A stretch of DNA of 64,000 nucleotides. Origin: Phaeosaccion multiseriatum (Eukaryota > Protista > Ochrophyta, other classes). This document shows positions 35,001 through 48,091 of the stretch, in pieces (positions within the stretch are counted from its first letter, which is position 1; each line of letters begins with the position of its first letter). The notes under the pieces were generated by a model. The model was not told the DNA's origin and did no database searches. It saw only the letters and a program-made list of their open reading frames with translations. The position numbers and the translations under genes are program-made. Location: positions 1-64,000 of the forward strand of contig OZ218960.1 of assembly GCA_965112735.1 (NCBI GenBank), given 5' to 3'.

Positions 35001-38000
35001 ATGGATGGCAGTCGATGGGGAAGGGATAAGAGCCAGGGACGGCGGGGTAGGGGGTTACGTATGCAGAGTTTGAGGCCTTGGGAGGGGGGACAAAGGCAGC
35101 GCCCTTTCAGGGTGAAGGGAAGGAACCACAACTTGTCCGTCACAAGAGCCACATGAGAGAGAGTAAGCTCTTGTGTCTGCTCCTCACATCCGAGCCACGC
35201 CCCTGCCATACTCCATACCCTACATCTCATATCCCATACCCCGTTCCCTGAAGATCCCCCACTCTCTGTCCCATGCTCTGGTGAGCCCTCACTCTCTGCC
35301 CCATGCTCTGGTGAGCCCCCACTCTCTGCCCCATGCTCTGGTGAGCCCTCCTGTGAGTTGTGCGCTTCTCACCTGTCTCTGTGTCTTACGCGATGCACGA
35401 GTGTCCCGTCTATCAGCAGGGGCCGCACCTCCCTCCACACAGAGGCGTCCGAGGGGAGCGCGTCAAGCTCAAGCCCTACTGCCCCTGACCCTGACCCTGA
35501 CCCTGCCCCTGCCCCTGATCCTGACCCTGACCCTGACCCTGACCCTGACCCTGACCCTGACCCTGACCCTGACCCTGACCCTGACCCTGACCCTGACCCT
35601 GACCCTGACCCTGACCCTGACCCTGACCCTGCTGTCCCGCCGAGCACGAGGAGGACGGCACGCAGCACGGCGAGGGTGAGATCGTCCACGAGGGGCACGA
35701 GAGCCTCGACCTCCATCCCCTGCCTCTTCTCCCCCCCCTCCTCCTTCTTCCTCTTCCTCGCCTTTGTCTTTGTCTTCTTCTTCTCCTTGTCCTCGTCCTT
35801 CTTACCGTCCTCCCCCTCCTCCTCCTTCTTTCCCGCCTCCCTCTCTGCTTCCTCATCCTCCTCCTCGTCGGTCTCCGAGTCGCTGTACTCACTCTCACTT
35901 TCCTCCTCCCCCTCTTCTCCTTCCTTGGGTCCTTCTCCTCCTCCTTCTTCTGCTTTGTCGTCGTCTTCTCCTTCTTCTCCTCCTCCTCCTGCTCTTCTTC
36001 TTCTACTCGCTCTCCGTCTTTGCTTCTTCCGCCCCGGCCTCGCCTTATCCGCATCTTCTCCTTCTGTACGACCCTCCTCTCCTCCCTCCCCGTCACGAGC
36101 ATCACCACTCTCCCGTCCACCATCATCCTCACTGTCCGCCTCCCCAACGCTCCCTCGTTGGTCTCTGCGGCCGGTGCTTCTCCTGTTGCTTCCTCTCCGA
36201 CTCCCCTCATCCTCCTCCCTCCTTCTCGTCGTCCGGCTCCTCCTTTTCCTCCCATCCACTGCCATCCTCAGCCTGCTCCTCCTCCTCTTCCTCGTCCTCT
36301 TCACTCCGAGAAGCTCATCCGTAGGTGTGAGCCTTGCCACAGCCTGCCCCTCTCGCTTGGGGTGCAGGTCTTGAAGCATACCCAAGCTCACGCGGAACGC
36401 CTCCACAGCAGTTTGCTCGAAGGTCTTTTGGAAGGAGGAGAGAGGAATGGAAGACGAGGCCAGATGACAGTGGATGGGCAGGGCAGAGGGGGGGGGGGAG
36501 AAGCAAGAAAAGCATCAGGAAGGGGGCGATACTAGCTGCCACCCATGACAGGGAGAAGACGTGTAGCTGTAGCTGCGACTGTAGCTGCAACTGTAACTGT
36601 AACTGTAACTGTAACTGTAACTGTAGCTGTAGCTGTACCGCATTCCCGTAACCGCCCTGGACTAACCTCGATGGAGTGCGCCCCTTCCCTCTCGTCTCCC
36701 CCCGGGGTGGCGGCAAGCACAAGGCTCATCCCCCCCCCTTCTTGCAGGCCCTGTGAGCGAATCTCCTGCACCTTCTCCTGCTGTATCACCAACTGCTGCT
36801 CCATTGCCTCGATGGCCGGCCCTCGCCCCTCCATGTCCTGATTGGAGTCATGTGGATATGCATGGGGAGTTAGCAGACGGCAGTGAATGGAAGTGGATGG
36901 CAGTGGATTGTTGGTGCGCGTTGTAAAAGGCCTCAAAGCGCAGCACACCTCGTTCACCGACTGCCATCGACTGCCATCTCCGCAGCACAGCGTTGACCCG
37001 CCATCTACTGCCATCCCCACAGCACAGAACCTTCCCGCGCAGCGCCGCTCCCTGCTCCTGAATCCGTTCGTGGCACTCCCTGCCTATATGCCTGCTGGCC
37101 TACCTACCCCCCACCAACCTTGGTCAACACCTCCAGCTGTAGGCCTGCTCTCCTTTCGTCTCTCTCGAGCCCCTTGAGCTCCTCCTCCAGCCTGAGGACG
37201 TGGTCCCAGCGATGCGGCTCGCCCTTCCCGACCATCTGTTTCACCTGTTCGCCAGCAAAAGTTCGCCAACCACAGTTCGCCAACAAGTGAACACAACACG
37301 TGAGCAATGAGACAGCAGCGTCATGACAGCAGCGTCATCCCCCCAAGGGCAAGCAGGTACCTGGCCGAAGTCCCCCCTTGCTATTTTACTGAACACGAGG
37401 CGCATCGTGGCCGCCAGCTCGAATTCCCTCACGAGCTCCTGTCATTCAGTCAGGCAATCGTTGACAGAGGGGGGGCGGGCACAGTCACAGGTACATGGAC
37501 ATGGACTTCCTCTCCATGCAGTCCTACACAGGCATATATATACACATAGAGGCATAGAGGCATAGAGGCAGAGAGGCATGCCCTCCCTCTGCATTCACAC
37601 CTTCTTACTCTCGGGGAAGAGCCGCTCAGTCAGATGCAGGCATATCGACGCGGCGTACACACCCACCTTCTTAATCTCCGGGAAGCCGAGGCGCACGGCC
37701 CACCAAAAGGCCGTTTGCCCCCTTCTGTTCTTCAGCGTCATGACTGCATGGTAGCGGTGGATAAGGGCCTTCACAAGCTCCAAGTGGTTGTTGCGCACGG
37801 CCTCGATGAGCGCGGTCTTGCCGGAGGAGGTGGCGTAGTTGACGTCTGCTTGCCCCTCATCCAGGAGGATGCACACGGCCTCCATGTTGCCCCGCCCCGC
37901 CGCCACCACGAGGGCGTTGTCTCCCATGTGACCTGAGAGGGCGGGGGTGAGTCAGCGTCAGGGTCAGGGTCAGGGTGGGAATGGGGATGAGGGTAAGTGA

Positions 38001-41000
38001 TGGGGCAGGGGAAGGCAGGGGGGGTGCTCAGGGGATGCAAGCTGGAACTAGAAACTCTCTCTCCCTCACCTTCTTGGTCGATTCCTTTTTGGCCGATGAG
38101 TTGGCAGCACATGGAGAGCAGCGGCAGCTCCTCGGGGCCCTTACTTGCCGCCCACACCATGGGGTTACTGAGAGAAAAAAGAGGCATCAGCTTCAGCTTC
38201 AGTTTCGGTGCCCAGTCAGTGGCCATCACCATCACCCTCTTCTCCCGCCCTTTTACCCGCGACGTTCAAGGGGGCAGTCTACGTGGAGTCATACGATACG
38301 CACTCATGCGTGGGTTACTTTGCCAAGACATGTGATGGTCGCTTAGCCCGATTCGGAAACCCCTCCTCTCTCCCCTCCCTCGCTCCTTACCTCCCGTGGT
38401 CTGAGCAGTTAAGGAAGCCGCGCTCTTGGCAAGGAGCAGCGGAGTTGGTGGACGGGCTCTTCTGAAGCCCACGCAGCTGCTCCTCCGTCATGCCTGGGTG
38501 TGCCACGCGGGAAGGGGGGGGGGGAGGGAGCGGGGTGAGGATGGGGTTGAGGGAGGGGAGGGGGAGGAGTGGAGGGTGAGGTGGAGAGGGCAAGGAGGGG
38601 GAGGAGTGGAGGGTGAGGTGGAGGGCAAGGGGACCTTTCTCTGACACTCATTGACTTACCAAGCCAAGTGACGAGCTTCCTCTCGCACGCGTCGCTGTCT
38701 GCCCCGCACCGTAGAGGTCGCTGCAGACACGTCTTCATGTGCACCTCCATGTCGGCTGCGGAAACCTCGTCAGAGCAGCCGAACGGGCATGCCAACGGGC
38801 GCCGCGGGCACTCGAAGCCTTCGATGCCATGCCATTCCATGGGAGGGGGTGGGATAGAGGCAAGTACAGAGAAAAGCGATGAGCACAAAGGATGAAATTG
38901 ACTCAATGCCGTGCGTGATGTTTACCCGCCCCACCTCTGTGCTGAAACTCATCCTGCCTTAGCAGCACCTCCCCGCAGCCGAGGGGGCACTGCACGAGCC
39001 TGCCGAGGGCCCGCAGACTCTTCTTGGGGCAGTCGTTCTGCTCGTGCTGCTCCGTGTCCATCAGCCGCACCTAAGCCAGTGGGAAGTGGAAGGGTTGGCG
39101 GTGAGACACAGGTACAGGGGGCATGCATATGCAATGCCCTTATAAGCACCTACACAAGAGGAGCTATACTTCGGTCTTCAGTTTTGAAGGTAAAATGGAA
39201 CTAGCGGGCCTCTCTCTTGCTGGCTTGCTTACCTGCTGTCCGCAGCCGAGGATACAGTAGCGCTGGACGGCCTTGCACGACATGATTTGGTGGTCGATGA
39301 ACTTGCAGAATTGGTACTCCGCGCCGCACTGTGAGTCATCAGGTAGAGGGGCAGAGAAGGGACGAAACACCACGCGCGACGAACGAAACAGAAGGAAGAG
39401 AAAGGGGAGAGGACGTGTCTCTTAGAGAGAGACGAGCGCTGCAGCAGTGAGCCAAAGCTCAGTCAAAGCTCACAGCTGATGCCTCACCCCTCACACATTA
39501 TGCCTCACCTCGCACACGCACACGCGCAACGGGCACTCGTTTTTGCAGTGCGTGGCCATCTCAGTGACGGCAATCAGCTGTCCGCAGCCCTGCGTGCAGG
39601 GGGCGAGGTGCAGAGGGCAGTCCTCCCTGCAGTGCTCCTCCACCTCCTCTGCCCACAGGTCCGCCTTAGAGCACCCCAGGGGGCACGACACGGTCTGGTG
39701 GAGCATTCCCGAGGGGGAAGGGGGGCGCAGTTGTTAGGAGTTCATAAGTATGTTGGATACAAAGCATTCACGCTCACACACACACTGTCCGCCGTGCCTG
39801 CCTGCCCATACGCCTCCACTCACCCTCTTGGGACACTCGTCCCTGCAGTGCGCGTCCATGGCACCCCTCTCCACCCTCAGACCGCAGCCAAGAGCGCACA
39901 TGACCTTGGTCTTGGCGCATCCCTTCGTAGCACCAACTGCTGAACCAGCGGCTGCCCCTGTGCCCTGGTGCCTCGCCATGTCCGCGATGGGCACCATTTG
40001 GCCGCAGAACTCACATGCCTCGGAGCGGCGCTCGCAGTGCTGAAGAGGGGAGTAGAGGGGGCAGAAGGGAGCAAACAGAAGTACATGGGCGAGCAGACCT
40101 CAGCAACAAGACGCAAGGGAAGGCTGTTGGTTGCTATTGGAAGGCTGTTGGAAGGCTGTTGGTTGGTCACCTCCCCTGTGCACAATCTGTGCAAGTGCTC
40201 GTACCATCACCTCCCTCCCCACTCACGGACCTGCTCTGTGTGCGTGGCCATGTCCTCGCTGACGAGCTCCATGCCGCACCCCAGAGGGCACTCCACGTGC
40301 CTCTTGGGGCAGTTGTGGAGGTAGTGCTGCTCCGCCTGGCTGTGGATGAGGCGCTGCCCGCAGCCCAGACTGCAGGGGTGCGAGCGGTGCTTGCAGCTGT
40401 GGAGGAGGTGGGGCTTCATGGTGGAGGCGCTGATCCATCCGCACTGCCACATGGAGTTGTCCAGCCATGTGAAGTCTGGGGTCATGGGGAAGGGAGTGTC
40501 AGATAACGTAAGCTTGCCCTCCCTCCCTTCCTCCCTCACTCACCCAAGTCCGCGAGCTTCTGCACTTTGTTGGCGTCAGGGTAACACACTTTGAATTCGT
40601 CCGTCTCCAAGTCGTAGCTGCGCAGAATCGCCAACACCGCAACGCTCCCCTCCTGGCCCTGCATGTACACACACAAGCACACGCACGCACACACACACAC
40701 GCACACACACACACAAGAGAGAGTGAGAGAGAGTAACGCACATACACGCACACACACATCCATCCATCCTTAAGAGAACGTTTTTGGTCTACCATCGAGA
40801 AGCCCCCCTTGGAGAACCCCCACTGGAGAGCCCTCCTGGAGAGCCCCCCTGGAGCGTACCTGCATCGATGAGTCCTTCCCCCTTCGAACCATGATGCGCC
40901 TGTTCACACAGTCCAGTCTAAGGCAGGCATCCAGGGAGAGAGCAAGAGAGGGAGAGAGAGGAGGGCATATGCAAGGGGCGTGACGTCAGAAGTAAGGAAG

Positions 41001-44000
41001 GAAGGAAGGAAGGAAGGAAGGAAGGCCGCTCCCAATCTTAGCACCCACGGGACGGCCAGAGGGTTCGGAGTGTGAATTGTCAAGCACTTGCCAGGCACGT
41101 GTCAAGCCTGTGCCCGTTCTTTGAAGGGTCGGTCCTCGCGGTGAGAAGACATCCGTACATGCATCAGCAGTGCCTCCCCCCCCCTTCCCACCCGCCATCC
41201 CATATTCCGCTGCCCCATCCACTGCCATTCCCTCTGCCGTCTGCTCTCTGACCTGCACCGCTGCAGCCGCTCAGGACAGTCCCCCCTCTCCTGCTGGATG
41301 TGTTTGGCCACTGTCTCCGCGGCAATCTGTGAGCCGCACCCGAGGGGGCACTGCTTAAGGCGCAGGTGGCAATGATGCGCGCTGTGGGCCGCCATGAGGC
41401 CCGCTGTGATGCCGCCCACCCCTGGGTAGATGAGTTTATGGTAATGGGGGAAGGAGGGAGGAGGCAGGTTGGGGGTTGGGCTTAAGAAGCACTCGGCACG
41501 AGGCAATGCAAACTCAAACTCAAGGCGGTAGGGCAGTGAGTGAGTGGGATGACTCAAGCCTGTGATTGGTTCACCGTGAAGCTCTGGCGCTCTCTCACTC
41601 TCTCACCCTCCCTGCCATTCTCACTGCTCTCGTCACTCACTCACTCACTCACTCACCGCATTTTCTCGGACAAGGGGCCACTCTCCACTCGCAGATGTAA
41701 CGCTCGTGTGCGTCCCTGCGGCTGAGAGGGCCGAGCACCGCCCCGCACCCCTCCCAGCAGCAGGCCTGGCGGCACACTGACTCCTCGTGATGGGCCAGAT
41801 CCTGGGAGGGGGAGGGGGAGGGGGAGGGTAAGGAGAGAGCACTTGTGCACTTTCGTTCCTCTACACGTTTGCCCATACACATGCTCCTACACCTTACATG
41901 TATTTCTATGCCCATACGCCTTCACTTACTCACCTTGACCATGATCTTGTTGCCGCACCCGACGCGACACATGACCTTTCTGTGCGTGCACTCCTTCCTC
42001 ATGTGCTCCGAGAGATCGCACTTGCGCACTTTCATGGGGCAGCCCAGCAGGCAGCGCTGCAGGGAGAGGCGGCAGGCCTCCGTCTCGTGCTTGATGAGGG
42101 AGGACTCGAACACCTTGGCGCCACACTCGAGGCGGCACTGCACCTTGCGCTTCACACACGCGTGCAGCACATGCGCTTGAAGCTCGTCATGGGGCATCCG
42201 GTGGTAGCACCTTGTTGCGGGGAGTACGCGTGTTGGGTGTACAATGGGGCATCGCCAGAGCGAGCGAATAGATTAGGGTGGGGGGGGGGAGGGAGGGAGG
42301 GAGGGGTTCTTCGTGGTCAGCAGTTGGTGATACAGCAGCAGCCCTTGGTGATACACCTGCAGAGCTGCAGAGCTGCAGAGCTGCGACCATCCATCGCCAG
42401 CCCGTGGCCGTACAATCAACATGCCTACTTGCTGAGCGTTTCACTCACCCGAGGGCCTTGTTGGGGCAGGACACCTCCCTCTTGGGACACGTGTGAAGGG
42501 CGTGAAGTGCCATCTCGTCGGCACCATTGAGCATCCTGCCGCACTGCTCGCAGCCCGCCCTCCGCTTGGGGCACGAGTTGATCTCGTGCTTGGCGATGCT
42601 TTGGAAGGAGGGAGGCATATGGGCACAGAAAGAGAGACACATCGGTAGGTAGGGGTCAGAGGATGGGGCACGTGGCTTGGCGTCAGAAGTACGGTCACTG
42701 ACTGCCTATCCCCAGGGGGCGACTGCCGATGCTGTTACTCCTAATGCGCCCTCTCCTTCCACTGCATCCGTACGCTGTTGAGCATGTGGGGAGACGCCCT
42801 ACGTCACAGCTTCCCCCTTCACATCTCTTTCTTTCTCTCTCTCTCCGTCTACTCCTCTCTCCCTCTCTCCTCCCCCTCCCGCTGTCCTCTTCCTCCCCTC
42901 GCCCCCCCCGCCCGTCTCTCTCACCGGTTGCGCTTGTCCTTGAACGTGCACCCCTCGTGGCTGCACTCGACCCTCTCCTCTGCCTCGGCCTTCTGCCTGC
43001 CGAGCTCCTGCCACTTGACCACCCTCTCTGCAGCATTTTCAAGCAGCTCCACAACCTCTCTGTGGCCCATGCGTGTTGCCCAGTCGAGGGCAGAGAGCCC
43101 AGACTTGTCGCTGTGGGGAGGGCAGCAAAGAAGGGACAGAGGAGGGAGAGCGGTGGGGGTGGTGAGAAAGGAAGAGAGAGGGGGGTGCCGACAAAGAGAG
43201 GGAGGGGGGACAACACACACACGCACACGCTCTCCTTGTGTGTCCTCTCGTACCGGTAGGTGAGGAAGGCTTGGAAGGGCTTGAACCAGTCGGTCTGCAA
43301 GTGGTCCTTGCCGGCCCTGTTGGCGTCTTTGGTGAACTTGTCCTTAATGAGGCCCTCCCACAGCTTGTCCAGAAGCACCCCCGTCACGCCCGATGAACCG
43401 TTGTACGCCGCTGGGAGGAGGGGAGGAGGGGAGGAGGCTTAGAGGCGTATGTATGCATGTGTCCGTGTGTGCGTATGTATGTATTTGTGTGCACGCGTGT
43501 GTGTGTGTGAGTGCGTGCGTGCGTGTGTGTGTGCGTGCATGTATGTGTGTGCATGTGCTCGCGTGGATCTTGTACTCCCCCTGTGCCCCCCTCTCACCGT
43601 GGTGCAGTGCCGTCTTCCCCTCCCCCCCACTGACGTGTGTGACGCTTGCCCTCCCCTCAGCGATGAGCATGCCCGCCGCCATGTCGAGGTCAAGCACGGC
43701 TGCCCAACTCAAGGCCGTGTGGCCACGGCGAGAGCTTTCGTGCCCAGAGGCGGCCCCGGCCAGGAGCAGGCTGGGGAGAGGGGAGGAGCAAAGGGTTGAG
43801 GGAGGGAGGGAGGGAGGGAGGGAGGGAGGGAGGGAGGGAGGGAGGGAGGGAGGGAGGGAGGGAGGGAGGGAGGGAGGGAGGGAGGGAGGGAGGGAGGGAG
43901 GGAGGGAGGGAGGGAGGGAGGGAGGGAGGGAGGGAGGGAGGGAGGGAGGGAGGGAGGGAGGGAGGGAGGGAGGGAGGGAGGGAGGGAGGGAGGGAGGGAG

Positions 44001-47000
44001 GGAGGGAGGGAGGGAGGGAGGGAGGGAGGGAGAGAGGGAGGGAGGGGGGGGGTTAGGGAGGGAGGGAGGGAGGGAGGAAGGGAGGGAGGGAGGGAGGGAG
44101 GGAGGGAGGGAGGGAGGGAGGGAGGGAGAGACGGAGGGGGGGGGTTAGGGAGGGAGGGAGGGAGGGAGGGAGGGAGGGACGGACGGAGGGAGGGAGGGAG
44201 GGAGGGAGGGAGGGAGGGAGGGAGGGAGGGAGGGAGGGAGGAAGGGACGTAAGGGTGTGTAGGCATGCGCTCCTCCGTTCTCCCTTGCTTCTCGCCTGCT
44301 CCAATCGACAAGGAAATGAGTGCCCCATACCCGATACCCACCGATGGATGACGTCGAGGCGGTTCTGCGATACGGCAAGCATGAGGGCGGTCATATCGTT
44401 GCTCTCCTCCTCCACGTCCAACCAGAACAGGGGCTGTACTACCACCTGCTCAGGAAGGAGGGGTTCTGAGGCCCCATGCTGATCATGCTGTATCACCAAC
44501 TGCTGCTCCCGCTCCCTCTCTCGCTGCCTGGCGAGGGTGACGGTGTGGTGCGCCTGTCGGAGTTGCTTGCGGGAGATGGAGGTGCGAGCAAGGACACTCT
44601 CCAGACCGGGGATGTCCTGGAGGAGGAGGAGAAGGAGGAGGAGGAGGAGGAGGAGGAGGAGGAGGAGGAGGAGGAGGAGGAGGAGGAGGAGGAGGAGGAG
44701 GAGGAGGAGGAGGAGGAGGAGGAGGAGGAGGAGGAGGAGGAGGAGGAGGAGGAGGAGGAGGAGGAGGAGGAGGAGGAGGAGGAGGAGGAGGAGGAGGAGG
44801 AGGAGGAGGAGGAGGAGGAGGAGGAGGAGGAGGAGGAGGAGGAGGAGGAGGAGGAGGAGGAGGAGGAGGAGGAGGAGGAGGAGGAGGAGGAGGAGGAGGA
44901 GGAGGAGGAGGAGGAGGAGGAGGAGGAGGAGGAGGAGGAGGAGGAGGAGGAGGAGGAGGAGGAGGAGGAGGAGGAGGAGGAGGAGGAGGAGGAGGAGGAG
45001 GAGGAGGAGGAGGAGGAGGAGGAGGAGGAGGAGGAGGAGGAGGAGGAGGAGGAGGAGGAGGAGGAGGAGGAGGAGGAGGAGGAGGAGGAGGAGGAGGAGG
45101 AGGAGGAGGAGGAGGAGGAGGAGGAGGAGGAGGAGGAGGAGGAGGAGGAGGAGGAGGAGGAGGAGGAGGAGGAGGAGGAGGAGGAGGAGGAGGAGGAGGA
45201 GGAGGAGGAGGAGGAGGAGGAGGAGGAGGAGGAGGAGGAGGAGGAGGAGGAGGAGGAGGAGGAGGAGGAGGAGGAGGAGGAGGAGGAGGAGGAGGAGGAG
45301 GAGGAGGAGGAGGAGGAGGAGGAGGAGGAGGAGGAGGAGGAGGAGGAGGAGGAGGAGGAGGAGGAGGAGGAGGAGGAGGAGGAGGAGGAGGAGGAGGAGG
45401 AGGAGGAGGAGGAGGAGGAGGAGGAGGAGGAGGAGTATTAGAGGCGTATGGAGAGCGAAGACGAGAAGATGTGAGACGGGCATCACACACCTGACAAAGG
45501 AAGGAGGTTCTCATGTCCCTTTCCCCGGGGTGCTGCGTATGATTGATTCCTCCTCCCCTCCCCCCCCCTTATCACCAACTTCTTACCTGCTTGGCGACGA
45601 CCCCCTTGACGTCAGCTCCCTTGCGCTGGTTGAGCTGTACTACCCTCTGCGCCTCCCCTTCCTCCCTCTCAGCGAGGTACTTCTCCCTGCGGCTCCAAAT
45701 GAAATTCTCCATGGCCTTCTCAAGGACTCGAGACACGCGCTCCTTCCGCGCTACCCTCGCCCAGTCCAGAGCTGCTCGAGGGACAGCGCAAGAGAGAGAG
45801 AGTGGAGAGAGGAAGAGGGTGATCAGTGTATCAGTGCAGCAGGGGAAGGAGCGAGAGGGGATTGAGTGAGTCAGAGCTGGGTGCGAGGGGTGCGAGGGGC
45901 GCAGGAAGTGGAGGCGGCACAAACTCGAGAGCAGAGGAGGCCTATGGGTAGGCCGAGGCAGATGGACATGTTAAGCGCACCTTAACCCTAAGCTCCGCAG
46001 AGGCAAGGGAGGGAGTTGGCCACAAGCCTGCTCACATGCCTACCCACATGCGTCCCTGCCCATACGCCTCTGCGCCTTCCCTCCGCCTACTCACCCGTGC
46101 GGCCTCTGCCGTCCCTCTGGAACATGTCCGCTCCCTCCTCCACGAGCAGCTCCACCACGGAGACGAGGCCCCAGTTAGCGGCGCGCATTAGCGCCGTGTA
46201 GCCCCCTCTGCAGCCGCCCCGAGCTTGGCGAGTTGGTGATACAACAGCTCCTTTCGCACCCGCGGCTGCTGCTGAATCACCAACTGCAGTACCCCCGTCT
46301 CCTCCTGTCTGGCCTTCCGCTTGCCCGTGGCGGTGTGGGGCGACGGGAGGGCCCGGAGAAGCAGCGTTGATGTCCGCTCCGTTGTTCAAAGCTCCCAGCA
46401 CGGCTGTGACGGGGGAGGGGAGGGAATGAGGGTAGGACAGGGAGGGAGTGAGGGTAGGACAGGGAGGGAGTGAGCAGCATGGTCAAAGCATCGCAAACCA
46501 CATAAATGCAGCATGAGAAGCTCGCACCAGCAAGGAGGCAAGCATCAGACTGCAGGAGCACCCTTCCCCCTCTGCCATCCCCTGCCATCCTCTGCCATCC
46601 CCTGCCATCCCCTGCACAGGAGGACTTCCCCCCCTGCCTTCCTTGCACACACACCTGCCAAGTCCCCCGTGACACAGGCTTGTGCGAGCTGCTTCGTTGC
46701 CTCCTCCTCCTGCCTCAGCACCATGGAGGCGATCTCCTCATGCACGTCCCCGGCCTTGTCGGAGGCGCTGAAGAGGCCCATCCCCTCCACATCGCTCATC
46801 ACGTCCTCCGTCGCCAATTTCCACACGTCCCCATCAAAGGCTTCATCCACACAGACGAGCTCCCCTCCTGCTGCATCACCACATGCGTTATTACCAACGG
46901 CTCGTCCTCCCCCTCCCCCGTTTGGGGATCTCCCGACACAGGGCTCATCGCCGTCCTTACTCTCATTGTTCTTCCCTTGCCTCCTCCCCTGTGCGAGGTG

Positions 47001-47798
47001 CTGATGCGCGGCCTCTCCAGAGCGGCGCTTCTCATGCAGAGGCCCACGCGGAGGAGGCGACAGAGAGCAGGGCCCGAGGGGGGTACCGGCAGGCTCCTTA
47101 GTGTGGCCAGCAGAGATGGCAATGAGGGAGTCCCCCCCCCCTCCGTCCCCGTCTTCGGAGTACTCGTAGCGCCGCCCCCCCGCCAAGGCCGCTGTGAAGT
47201 CGAAGGTGCTCAAGCTTTCTTCGCAGGAGACGGAGAGGGGAAGTGTCATGTTACCGAGGCTACTCCCCTCGTAGGTGACAGGGTTAGGGGTACCGTGGCC
47301 GGTGCTGCCGTGGGGCAAGTCGTCTTCTCCTTCCGGCCCATACCTCTCCTCCGGCCCTCCCCTCCTCCCCCTCCTTCCTACCTCTCCTGCCTCTCCTCCC
47401 CCTCCTCGCCCCCATCCTCCGTCCGCTGCGCTATTCGCCGCTGACGCCTTGCCCACGTCCCCAGCGAGAGGCGGGAGGGGAGGGAGTTGCCTGGATGACG
47501 ATGAGGACGACCGACGAGTGGGAGAGTTGCCAGAGGATGCCTTCCGCCCCAACATCACTTCTATGCTGCTGGTGTCAGTGTTAGCCCCACCGATATCCGC
47601 CCCGCCGACCGGGTCGGAGGCATTTCGACTCAGGCGGCGGTGGGATTTAGAGGAGGAGAGCGAGTTCATTCGCTGCAGCAGCTCCTCCTCCCGCTGGGTT
47701 GACCTCTCCTGATAGCTCTCCTGCTGCCGCTGCCGCTCCTCGCGCTCCTGCCGCTGCCGCTGCGCCGCCTTCATCGGCGAAAGGCCAGCGACCGCCAT
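25345..47798 (-). CDS. Large multi-exon ankyrin-repeat + TRAF-type zinc-finger-repeat protein (may be more than one gene)
   Basis: Many short GT-AG exons encode ankyrin motifs ([33 protein letters not shown]) and CPxGC...H...CPxR TRAF-finger repeats. The first exon starts MAVAGLSP at 47798. Exon joins were not fully traced. Confidence 0.72.
29936..30050. repeat. Intronic telomere-variant (TCAGGG)n array
   Basis: Tandem TCAGGG/TCAAGG. Related arrays are at 35486-35630 (CCCTGA)n, ~37957-37976 and ~56770-56825 (TTAGGG). Confidence 0.9.
43798..44240. repeat. (GGGA)n microsatellite in an intron
   Basis: Direct reading of the sequence. Confidence 0.95.
44619..45435. repeat. (GGA)n microsatellite, ~815 bp, in an intron
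   Basis: Direct reading. It abuts the minus-strand splice acceptor at 44617-44618. Confidence 0.95.
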
Positions 47799-48091
47799 GT
47801 CCGAGTGGTTGGGAGGCACCTGGGCGCCGCCCTCACTTAAAACCCCTCCTCTCTTTGTTCTGGGGGCTACACACTCATGTTAACGACCTAGTTAGAGAGA
47901 GGAAATTGAGGATGCCAAACCGTTTTACGAGTATGAGCGATTCCATCATTCTTGCAGGCCTCCCGCTGCTCCACTGCTTCTTGTCTTTTTTTGCTCTTTT
48001 CTTGCTTTGCCTTTTCTCTTTGATCCTCGTACGACTCCCGTCGTTACGGTAAAAGTAAAATCCGACGGCGGCTTCTCTTTCTTCCATCCAC
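47799..48091. promoter_or_regulatory. Probable bidirectional promoter between two divergent genes
   Basis: A ~290-bp comparatively AT-rich gap between inferred ATGs at 47798 (-) and 48092 (+). Confidence 0.4.

Noticed and set aside
44053-45865. Long poly-E, poly-R, poly-L and poly-P ORFs
   Set aside because: They are translations of the intronic (GGA)n microsatellite.
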